From assembly GCA_964016885.1 (NCBI GenBank), contig CAXHJY010000611.1, positions 1-18,598 on the forward strand: a DNA stretch of 18,598 bases, read 5' to 3'. This document shows, piece by piece, positions 1 through 10,217 of this stretch (positions are counted from its first letter, which is position 1; each line of letters starts with the position of its first letter). The notes beneath the pieces were generated by a model. The model did no database searches, was not told the origin of the DNA, and worked only from the letters and a program-made list of their open reading frames with translations. Position numbers and translations under genes: made by a program. The DNA is from Eledone cirrhosa. Taxonomy: Eukaryota.

Positions 1-408
1 CCACCACCTATGTCCCATCTTCTCACTCTCCCACCTCCTATGTCTCATCTTCTCACTCTCCCACCTCCTATGTCTCATCTTCTCACTCTCCCACCTCCTA
101 TGTCCCATCTTCTCACCCTCCCACCTCCTATGTCCCATCTTCTCACTCTCCCACCTCCTATGTCCCATCTTCTCACTCTCCCACCTCCTATGTCTCATCT
201 TCTCACTCTCCCACCTCCTATGTCTCATCTTCTCACTCTCCCACCTCCTATGTCCCATCTTCTCACCCTCCCACCTCCTATGTCCCATCTTCTCACTCCC
301 CCACCTCTTATGTCCCATCTTCTCACCCAGCCACCCAGCTCTTATGTCCCATCTTCTCACCCTCCCACCCTCCTATGTCCCATCTTCTCACCCTCCCACC
401 TCCTATGT
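1..408. repeat. 30-bp minisatellite (CCACCTCCTATGTCYCATCTTCTCACYCTC), about 13 copies, open at the window edge
   Basis: Direct tandem repetition with a 30-nt period. It explains the (MSHLLTLPPP)n ORF. Confidence 0.97.
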
Positions 409-461
409 CGTTTTCTGGAAGAAATCTGTTGTATTCCGACCTGGAGAAGAGAGCTCGTCCA

Positions 462-590
462 CTTCTTCGTCGTCGTCGTCGTCGTCTTCTTTTTCTTCTT
501 CTTTTTTCTTCTTCTTTTTCTTCTTCTTTTTCTTCTTCTTCTTCTTTTTCTTCTTCTTTTTCTTCTTCTTTTTCTTCTTCTTCTTCTTCT
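462..590. repeat. (CGT)n/(CTT)n trinucleotide microsatellite
   Basis: Directly visible. Confidence 0.95.
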
Positions 591-695
591 CACCTAGTTA
601 AGAAAGACAGCTAGGTGGACATGACACTGTGTCAAGTTATTTAATGTCGGCCAAGGACGCTGGAAAAACACCGGTGACAGAGTACGACACGAACT
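591..695. repeat. ~105-bp dispersed repeat, copy 1 (copy 2 at 5615-5727)
   Basis: CACCTAGTTAAG...GGACATGACACTGTGTCAAG...GTACGAMACGAACT is near-identical to 5615-5727, apart from a short indel and a substitution. Confidence 0.9.
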
Positions 696-702
696 ATAAT
701 TT

Positions 703-785
703 TTCTTCTTCTTCTTCTTCTTCGCCGCCCACTTATTCCTGAGAGGGTCGTGAGGGGTAGAGTCCTGAAACATTCCATCCATCCT
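703..785 (-). mobile_element. Probable 3' tail of an RTE-clade LINE/SINE with (GAA)n tail
   Basis: Minus strand reads CCCCTCACGACCCTCTCAGGAATAAGTGGGCGGC(GAA)n, resembling RTE/Expander-type 3' ends. Recognised from memory only. Confidence 0.4.
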
Positions 786-1167
786 GTTTAAAATACATTC
801 ACGATAGAAATACTTTGTTTATATCAGAGTTATTTCAAAATAAAACACATAATAGAGATGTTTCTGTTTCATATATTGCGCATCCATTTAGAAATCTAGA
901 ATCACAAGAAAACACAGAAAGTAAGAAATAAACATAAGATTCTTTTTTTTCTTTACTTAGTTTACAAATTTATAATTAACAATAATCACATTCTCAAAAC
1001 TTCACACATTACAGAAGCCAGTAAAAAGATCCTCTTTAGATATGCATCAAGTCTTGCAATAAAACATGTGGGCAAATGTATTTACATAGAAAAAGAGGTA
1101 TATAGTAGGTTTTTCTTAAGTCTATTGCGTTTAACAAAATAAAATGTTTCTAATACATATTCGGCAA

Positions 1168-1190
1168 CCGGCCAACGCCGGGTAACTTTG
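1168..1190 (+). mobile_element. Helitron-like 3' subterminal hairpin (degenerate end)
   Basis: CCGGC-CAAC-GCCGG hairpin followed by GTAACTTTG at the end of an AT-rich tract. The terminal CTAG is absent. Confidence 0.45.
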
Positions 1191-1192
1191 AT

Positions 1193-1709
<517 letters not shown>

Positions 1710-1743
1710 TATAAGATCAAAAGATGTTTAAAAGAGTTCCATG

Positions 1744-1814
1744 TATTTTATTATGCGCATTTCAAAAACAAATATCATCATGGGATGATATTTGCGTTCT
1801 CATCAGATAAAATA
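1744..1814 (-). ncRNA. Type I hammerhead ribozyme motif, family A (complete core)
   Basis: Minus strand: UAUUUUAU-CUGAUGA-[stem II containing CAAAUAUCAUC/GAUGAUAUUUG]-GAAA-UGCGCA-UA^AUAAAAUA. Perfect 8-bp stem I and palindromic stem III AUGCGCAU. Confidence 0.88.
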
Positions 1815-1880
1815 GGGAGACATGATATGAAGCTTAAAAAACACTTGCGAGCAGTGAAGTGTTAAATCAACATATAAACT

Positions 1881-1923
<43 letters not shown>

Positions 1924-1979
1924 AATATTACAGTGAACTGCGGAATACTCTTAATCCCGATCTTTGTATATATTAATAT

Positions 1980-1985
1980 ATATAC

Positions 1986-2017
<32 letters not shown>

Positions 2018-2039
2018 ATATACATATACATATATATAC

Positions 2040-2071
<32 letters not shown>

Positions 2072-2146
2072 ATATACATATACATATATATACATATATA
2101 CATATACATATATATACATATATATATATACATATATATATATATA
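1980..2146. repeat. (TA)n/TACA microsatellite
   Basis: Directly visible. Confidence 0.95.
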
Positions 2147-2197
2147 TTTATTATGAAAGTAAAACAAAGAAGCCTTCAATAGATCTAAAGTCTTTAT

Positions 2198-2239
2198 TAG
2201 CCAACAATGTTTCGTCCTATTAAGGACTCATTAGGGCAA
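2198..2239 (-). ncRNA. Minimal hammerhead motif with core substitution (CUAAUGA), family D
   Basis: Minus: UUGCC-CUAAUGA-GUCCU-UAAU-AGGAC-GAAAC-AUU-GUU^GGCUA. Perfect 5-bp stem II, GCC/GGC stem I, G5->A in the core. Confidence 0.7.
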
Positions 2240-2402
2240 TTAAAACAACAAGAAGTATTATCGGCCAATACAAGCCGAAAACTCCGAAGAATATGGAGTG
2301 TACATACACTAAAGTATTGCAAGATTATGGGTAAAAATATATAATAAAAATCATATATATATATACATATATATATACATATGTATATATATATATACAC
2401 AC

Positions 2403-2455
<53 letters not shown>

Positions 2456-2492
2456 ATTAAATAAATGGAAACTATATTTATAAAACCATATT

Positions 2493-2558
2493 TATTTCGT
2501 TATATATATTTCAGGGATATCATATTAACAATATGTTATGCCATCTTCAGACAAAATA
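2493..2558 (-). ncRNA. Type I hammerhead motif, family B (left arm)
   Basis: Exact reverse complement of 2636-2701. Confidence 0.75.
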
Positions 2559-2635
2559 CTACCAAATAGACCTCCCAAATGCAAGGTGATTGAAAGGTAT
2601 GTCGTATCTATTTATTTATAAGACTGTTTATATTG

Positions 2636-2701
2636 TATTTTGTCTGAAGATGGCATAACATATTGTTAATATGATATCCCTGAAATATATATAACGAAAT
2701 A
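2636..2701 (+). ncRNA. Type I hammerhead motif, family B (right arm)
   Basis: UAUUUUGU-CUGAAGA-UGGCAUAACAUAUU(GUU)AAUAUGAUAUCCCU-GAAA-UAUAUA-UA^ACGAAAUA. 8-bp stem I with one G-U, palindromic stem III, and an imperfect stem II with a U.U closing pair. Confidence 0.75.
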
Positions 2702-2831
2702 AATATGGTTTTATAAATATAGTTTCCATTTATTTAATATCATAAATACACTCCAAATACTTGTTGAGTGCTTTTATATAAGTTATAAATATTTACTCGT
2801 TGTTAACCCAACAATTTAAATATAACTTTCC

Positions 2832-2864
<33 letters not shown>

Positions 2865-2869
2865 TATAC

Positions 2870-2922
<53 letters not shown>

Positions 2923-2962
2923 CATACACACACACACATATATATATATAGAGAGAGAGAGA
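2832..2962. repeat. (TA)/(CA)/(GA) microsatellite
   Basis: Directly visible. Confidence 0.95.
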
Positions 2963-3120
2963 GGCGCAGTTTGTTGTCACAGAGAGCCTGAGGTGACACG
3001 GTCCCTGTCATGACGCCACTCCACCCCCACACAACCTGTCCCATATACAACACACCAAACCATTTCTACAATAACATCCTAAAATGATTTCACTCAACAA
3101 AGTTCATGCTTCAGTGACCA

Positions 3121-3860
<740 letters not shown>

Positions 3861-3919
3861 GGTGGCTGCCAACTCGTTTTCGAGTACGGCCACTACTTTA
3901 TATCCATGTAGGAGAACCC

Positions 3920-4027
3920 CTACCGATGCGCTGAACGAGTGTGACTTTTTAGTCCAGCCAGCGACTTGAAAACTCTGGTACAAACACTACACTTGTGACA
4001 ATTACTGACACATAGTGCTGGGCCCAT
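3920..4027 (-). pseudogene. 35-aa micro-[38 protein letters not shown], a C2H2 zinc-finger remnant of the RTE ORF2 C-terminus
   Basis: Manual translation gives a perfect C-x2-C-x3-F-x5-L-x2-H-x4-H at 3926-3991. It is shorter than any ORF in the track and is not listed there. Confidence 0.75.
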
Positions 4028-4386
4028 GGTACCATGTGACGACAAGTGCAGAGAGATCTCCAGATATAAAGCAATGCCTGTGCCGTGAAGCTTTTATAGT
4101 GAGCAAAGGCACTGCACAAAGCCAGTCCCACTCTCTTAACCAAGATGATATTTACCAAAAAGAAGAACAAGTCAACATCATTGGATACCATCAGGGTTGC
4201 AGGTGTTATATCAGAGTTTTCCTTCTCCTAGAATTCTGCCTTGACAAAGGCTAAGGGGTCATCCCTCCCGGTGATTTTGGATGGCCATTGACTCTTAAGA
4301 GCTCCTTTGCCCTTTGACAGGTTTTGTTTTTAGTCCTGCAGGATGTCCAAAGTCACCCTCCTCACCAAGAAACCTTGGTGGGGTTG

Positions 4387-4468
4387 CCAGTTTAGTCGCC
4401 AACGACCCGACCATGGGACAGGTTGTACTGGGATACATGTTACCAGTAGCACCAACTGGTGACCTGAC

Positions 4469-4470
<2 letters not shown>
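4387..4470 (-). ncRNA. HDV-like ribozyme candidate (partial)
   Basis: Minus: hairpin, then CCAGU(P2)-ACA-ACC-UGU(P3?)-CC-CAUGGUC(P1 3')-GGG-UCG-UUGG-CGA(P4)-CUAA-ACUGG(P2'). The P1 5' strand is largely missing and L3 is atypically short. Confidence 0.42.
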
Positions 4471-4503
<33 letters not shown>

Positions 4504-4553
4504 GTATATATATATATATATATATATACGTATATATATATATATATATATAC

Positions 4554-4595
<42 letters not shown>

Positions 4596-4764
4596 GTATA
4601 TATATATATATATATATATACGTATATATATATATATACGTATATATATATATATATATATACGTATATATATATATATATATATATATACGTATATATA
4701 TATATATATATATATACGTATATATATATATATACGTATATACGTATATATATATATATATACG

Positions 4765-4806
<42 letters not shown>

Positions 4807-4824
4807 CGTATATATATATATACG

Positions 4825-4857
<33 letters not shown>

Positions 4858-4888
4858 GTATATATATATATGTATATATATATATATG

Positions 4889-4973
<85 letters not shown>

Positions 4974-4974
4974 G

Positions 4975-5032
<58 letters not shown>

Positions 5033-5040
5033 TATGTATG

Positions 5041-5096
<56 letters not shown>

Positions 5097-5142
5097 CGTA
5101 TATATATATATATATGTATATACGTATATATATGTATATACG

Positions 5143-5199
<57 letters not shown>

Positions 5200-5433
5200 G
5201 TATATACGTATATATATATATACGTATATATATATATATATATATACGTATATATATATATATATATATACGTATATATATATATATATATATACGTATA
5301 TATATATATATATATATACGTATATATATATATATATATATACGTATATATATATATATATATATACGTATATATATATATATATATATACGTATATATA
5401 TATATATATATACGTATATATATATATATATAC

Positions 5434-5487
<54 letters not shown>
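4471..5487. repeat. ~1-kb (TA)n array interrupted by CG and TG
   Basis: Directly visible. Confidence 0.98.
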
Positions 5488-5490
<3 letters not shown>

Positions 5491-5614
5491 CAGAGGGGGA
5501 TGAGTGCTAATATGAGTGTGACAATTTGACGAAACACTCGTTATTTTCACAGTACTTCCACCGTTCACACCGTGAGAACTGAATCCGCCTCTGGTCTACG
5601 CTATACTTTTATTT

Positions 5615-5727
5615 CACCTAGTTAAGGAAAACAGCAAGACAGCTAGGTGGACATGACACTGTGTCAAGTTATTTAATGTCGGCCAAGGACGCTGGAAAAA
5701 CACCGGTGACAGAGTACGAAACGAACT
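5615..5727. repeat. Dispersed repeat, copy 2 (see 591-695)
   Basis: Near-identical direct copy. Confidence 0.9.
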
Positions 5728-5797
5728 GACGATCCACGCCTTTCAAAGAAACGTTGACACATTCCACCACTTAAAATATTGTACTTTTGAGGGCGAT

Positions 5798-6028
5798 AGA
5801 TCGACAGAAATCGGTAGAGCGTCGATCAACATGCTCCGTGGCATAGTGTTACCATTAGGGTTGATTTAATCAACGTTGCCCTAATGCAATGTTGCTGGCC
5901 TTGTCGGCAGTAATTGGTAGAGCGTCGTTCAACATGCTTCGTGGCATAGAGTTACCATTAGGGTTGATTTAATCGATTTTCCCCTCCCCCAATATTGCTG
6001 GCCTTGTTCCTAAATCAGAAACAATTAT
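5798..6028 (+). mobile_element. Two tandem internally deleted SINE copies
   Basis: Each has GGTAGAGCGTCG...CATAGWGTTAC joined to GGGTTGATTTAATC...TTGCTGGCCTTGT. They share the head and tail of 6044-6263 but lack the B box and central domain. Confidence 0.75.
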
Positions 6029-6043
6029 GTACTCACATTAGTG

Positions 6044-6308
6044 TAGTGGATTGGCAATATCTATAGAGCGTCAGACGCCATTCTTCACAGCATAGAGTTA
6101 CGGCCCTTTATGTTCTGAGTTCAAATCACGCTGTGGTTAGCTTTGCCTTTCATCCTTACGGCGTCGATAAAATAAAGTACGAGTCACACACTGGTGTCGA
6201 TTTAATCGACTTTCCCCTCCCCTTTAAATTGCTGGCCTTGTGCCTAAAGTAGAAAGAATTATTGTTTTCAAAGGCAATGGATTGGCAGAATCGATAGAGC
6301 GTCGAAGA
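6044..6308 (+). mobile_element. tRNA-derived SINE with Deu/Nin-like central domain, followed by a second head fragment (6273-6308)
   Basis: B-box-like GAGTTCAAATC, central GCCTTTCATCCTTACGGCGTCGATAAAATAAAGTAC, and tail GCTGGCCTTGTGCCTAAAGTAGAAA. Multiple copies occur in the window. Confidence 0.85.
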
Positions 6309-6309
6309 C

Positions 6310-6310
<1 letters not shown>

Positions 6311-6353
<43 letters not shown>

Positions 6354-6398
6354 TATATGTGTATGTATATATATATATGTGTGTGTATAGATATATAG

Positions 6399-6429
<31 letters not shown>

Positions 6430-6467
6430 TATATGTGTATGTGTATATATATATATATGTATGTGTG

Positions 6468-6512
<45 letters not shown>

Positions 6513-6531
6513 ATATATATATATATATATG

Positions 6532-6570
<39 letters not shown>
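6311..6570. repeat. (CA)/(TA)/(TG) microsatellite
   Basis: Directly visible. Confidence 0.97.
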
Positions 6571-6574
<4 letters not shown>

Positions 6575-6637
6575 GAAATAACAGGAGGCTGGACTGGTGT
6601 AAATCCTTGAAAGGTTTATTATACTATGATCATTACT

Positions 6638-6672
6638 ATATGTATATATATATATATGTATATATATATATG

Positions 6673-6717
<45 letters not shown>

Positions 6718-7096
6718 GTATATATATATATGTATATATATATATGTATATATATATATGTATATATATATATGTATATATATATATGTATATATATATA
6801 TGTATATATATATATGTATATATATATATGTATATATATATGTATGTATATATATATATGTATGTATATATATATATGTATGTATATATATATATGTATG
6901 TATATATATATGTATGCATATGTATATATGTATGTATATATATATGTATATATATATGTATGTATATATATATGTATATATATATGTATATATATATGTA
7001 TATATATATGTATATATATATGTATATATATATGTATATATATATGTATATATATATGTATGTATATATGTATGTATATATATATGTATATATGTA

Positions 7097-7132
<36 letters not shown>

Positions 7133-7342
7133 TATATGTATGTATATATATATGTATATATATATGTGTATATATATATGTGTATATATATATGTATATA
7201 TATATGTATATATATGTATGTATATATATGTGTATATATATATGTATATATATATGTATATATATATGTGTATATATATATGTATATATATATGTATGTA
7301 TATATATATGTATATATATATGTATATATATGTATATATATG
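6638..7342. repeat. (TA)nTG microsatellite, partly organised as 10-mer and larger units
   Basis: Directly visible. Confidence 0.97.
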
Positions 7343-7432
7343 TAGGAGGTGAGTTTTATTGTAGTACAATAAAGCAATGCAGATATCGGATAAGAAGCAC
7401 TCTACAATTTGTAGGACTGGAGTATACATAAG

Positions 7433-7524
7433 ATAAGATCAAAAGATGGTTAAAGGAGTTCCATGTATTTTGAAATGCGCATAATAAAATACATGGAACT
7501 CCTTTAACCATCTTTTGATCTTAT
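7433..7524. repeat. Perfect 39-bp-arm fold-back of the family A element
   Basis: 7433-7471 is the reverse complement of 7486-7524. The 14-nt loop GAAATGCGCATAAT is the GAAA/stem III/cleavage half of the 1744-1814 hammerhead. The arms match 1711-1749. Confidence 0.92.
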
Positions 7525-7525
7525 A

Positions 7526-7589
<64 letters not shown>

Positions 7590-7590
<1 letters not shown>

Positions 7591-7726
7591 ACAAAAGAAT
7601 TGTGGTAAGGAACCAGATGGACCATAACGCACCAGAGTACTCAATACTTAGGGTAGTAGAGTGGGAAATAGGAAAAAGTATGACCCCGACGGCAGAGCTC
7701 AAGCCGTTTCGACGGCTATTTTCGGA

Positions 7727-7764
<38 letters not shown>

Positions 7765-7835
7765 AACAAGTGAGACCCCGACGGCTGAGCTCGAGCCGTT
7801 TCGACGGCTAATTTCCTTCATATAGCCTTTGTCGA
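7590..7835 (-). mobile_element. Family C element fragments (two copies) carrying the 3' half of a hammerhead
   Basis: Minus: UAGCCGUC-GAAA-CGGC-UYGAGCUCW-GCCG-UC^GGGGUC in both 7682-7718 and 7774-7810. Homologous to 11406-11587 and 12029-12399. Confidence 0.72.
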
Positions 7836-8130
7836 CCGGGCTGTCATGGTGGGATCGAAGCAGCAAGTATACGGTTACAAAGTGAATATCTACCCCGCCA
7901 CACAACACCTTAGCGGTGTCCAGGGTAGTTTATTGAAAATAATTGAAATACTACCAACTACCACCTCTGTTCTTGATGTCTAGCATGACTTGGCACAATT
8001 TATTGTCTTCCCTCTCTTTCTCTCATGCTCTCTCTCTCTTTCTCTCTCTTTCTTACTATCTCACTCTTTCCACCGTCTTGTCACTCTATCGCTTCTCTCT
8101 TCCTTCCTCTCTCCCCACGCCCTCCCTCTG

Positions 8131-8274
8131 TATATATATCTATCTATATATATATCTATATATATGTGTATATATATATATATGATTATATATATATATG
8201 TATATGTATTCATATGTATATATATGTGTATATATATATATATATGCATATATATATGCATATATATATATGTA

Positions 8275-8315
<41 letters not shown>

Positions 8316-8402
8316 ATATATGTATATATATATATATATTTATGTATATATATGTATATATATATATGTATATATATGTATATATATATATGTATATATA
8401 TG

Positions 8403-8463
<61 letters not shown>

Positions 8464-8464
8464 G

Positions 8465-8542
<78 letters not shown>

Positions 8543-8544
8543 GG

Positions 8545-8630
<86 letters not shown>

Positions 8631-8650
8631 TGTGTGTATGTGTATGTATG
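8131..8650. repeat. (TA)n/(TG) array ending in a long (CA)n
   Basis: Directly visible. Confidence 0.97.
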
Positions 8651-8813
8651 TGGATGTATACACCCAATATATTATGTAGCAAGAATGACTAGAGAGTTCC
8701 ATTTTAAAACAACTCCACATTCCACACGTCTTTTTTTATCTCACTGCTTTCCTTTTCCTTTTTTTCCCATGTAAATATGTATATATGTATATATACATAT
8801 ATATGTGTGTATG

Positions 8814-8877
<64 letters not shown>

Positions 8878-8880
8878 CAT

Positions 8881-8927
<47 letters not shown>

Positions 8928-8930
<3 letters not shown>

Positions 8931-9000
8931 GTTGTCCCCCCAAAATATACACATTTTGATTACAATTCTGTTGTGTTTATACATTTTTGGGGACACCCTG
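8928..9000. mobile_element. Tc1/mariner-type MITE (73 bp)
   Basis: Imperfect TIRs CAGGTTGTCCCCCCAAAAT / ATTTTTGGGGACACCCTG followed by TA. Related to 11123-11210. Confidence 0.7.
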
Positions 9001-9255
9001 TATATACAGAGAGAGAGACAGAGTGTGAGAGAGACTGAGAGAGAGAGAGAGAGCTGTATAAGGAATGTTTTACATATTTTCACAGTTCCATTAATGGTTT
9101 ACAGCTGTAATTTGTAAACTAGCCGTGTCTTTTGAGGAACTACGAGAAGCCCCGCTTGTTAAGATTTGTACTGAGCCAGTTAGTTACGTTAGTCCCTTAT
9201 ACAAATGTCACCACTAATCAAATTTATAGTCCGGCTGATGAAATAACTGCATTAA

Positions 9256-9637
9256 TTAGCAGTGGATTTGCAGTATCGGTAGAGAGTCGGACGCCATGCT
9301 TTGCAGCATAGTTACGTCCCTTTACAGACTGAGTTCAAATCCCGCCGAGGTTAACTTTGCCTTTCATTCTTACGGGGTCGATAAAATAAAGTACCAGTAA
9401 TGTACTGGGTAATTGCCGGCCTTGTGCCTAAAGTAGAAACAATTAGTTAGCGGTGGATTTGCAGTATCGGTAGAGGGTCGGACGCCATGCTTTGCAGCAT
9501 AGTTACGTCCCTTTACAGACTGAGTTCAAATCCCGCCGAGGTTAACTTTGCCTTTCATTCTTACAGGGGTCGATAAAATAAAGTACCAGTAATGTATTGG
9601 GTAATTTCTGGCCTTGTGCCAAATGTAGAAACAATTA
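9256..9637 (+). mobile_element. Tandem duplication of a Deu/Nin-like tRNA SINE (two ~191-bp units)
   Basis: 9256-9446 and 9447-9637 are nearly identical, both with GAGTTCAAATCCCGCCGAGG and GGGGTCGATAAAATAAAGTACCAGT. Confidence 0.9.
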
Positions 9638-9647
9638 ATTAGGCAGA

Positions 9648-10008
9648 TATGTTTTATCTACTATTTAACATTGAGTGGGTTACGACCTAAAAAAGAAAAA
9701 CGATAGCGAATACAAGCGGCCGAAAGGAGATTCCTTCGAGGAGTTTCTAAGTTAACGTTATTCGATGAAATGTGTAGCTCGGGGATCAGAGAGTCATTCC
9801 AGGTTGAGCCACTACTTCTCCGAATTGAGAGATCACAGCTCCGATAGTATGATCATGTGGTTAGAATGTCTCAGGAAAGAATTGCTGGACAGATTTTATG
9901 TGCAAAACCAATCGGCAGGAAACTCAGTGGTAGACTCCGAGCAGGATGGTTAGATGAGGTAATTGAGTTCGGCTGGTCTCACTTGGGGATCTAACCGGAT
10001 CCACTGGA
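9648..10008 (+). pseudogene. Decayed RTE-clade LINE ORF2 C-terminal fragment (post-RT region)
   Basis: The frame from 9707 reads RIQAAERRFLRGVSKLTLFDEMCSSGIRESFQVEPLLLRIERSQLR*YDHVVRMSQERIAGQILCAKPIGRKLSGRLRAGWLD...GWSHLGI*. This matches the RTE/Expander pattern IQAAEM.FLR...VEPLLL.IERSQLRW.GH..RM...GRPR.RW.D. Stops and a frameshift are present. Confidence 0.9.
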
Positions 10009-10031
10009 GAAAGAGAGAGAGGGGGAGTGTG

Positions 10032-10076
<45 letters not shown>

Positions 10077-10217
10077 GGGAGACAGAGATAGAGATAGAGA
10101 CGGGGCAGATATATATATATATATATATATAGTAATAATAATAAATTTGAAGACTAAAATCCAAAGAGGGCTCGATAAGGATAAATATATATCAAATATA
10201 TAAGAACCGTAGAGCAA

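Larger units (their letters stand above)
2450..2744. repeat. Perfect 110-bp inverted repeat (2450-2559 / 2635-2744, 75-bp spacer), Penelope-like inverted terminal structure
   Basis: The arms are exact reverse complements and each contains a hammerhead motif. Confidence 0.93.
3861..4470 (-). mobile_element. Non-autonomous, internally deleted RTE-derived retroposon (5'UTR fused to ORF2 C-terminus and 3' tail)
   Basis: In minus-strand order: structured 5' end, RTE-type 5'UTR motif TAGCCTT...CTAGGAGAAGGAAAACTCTGA (4211-4254), C2H2 finger ending in a stop, 3' hairpin ACTCG-AAAA-CGAGT, then GCAGCCACC(AT)n. No RT or endonuclease sequence lies between them. Confidence 0.72.

Noticed and set aside
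10-614. Pro-rich, poly-F, poly-S and Arg/Lys-rich (protamine-like) ORFs
   Set aside because: They are products of the 30-bp minisatellite and the (CTT)n tract.
3030-3043. 14-nt match (ACAACCTGTCCCAT) to the RTE-derivative 5' region
   Set aside because: The similarity does not extend and is likely chance.
5726-5757. CTGACGA...GAAACGTT hammerhead-like spacing
   Set aside because: Neither stem I nor stem II can be paired convincingly.
9235-9250. CTGATGA box (also minus-strand boxes at 14374 and 16763)
   Set aside because: No stem II plus GAAA follows, so these are expected by chance.
9765-9953. 62-aa ORF in the track
   Set aside because: Wrong frame: the meaningful reading is the stop-interrupted RTE ORF2 frame.
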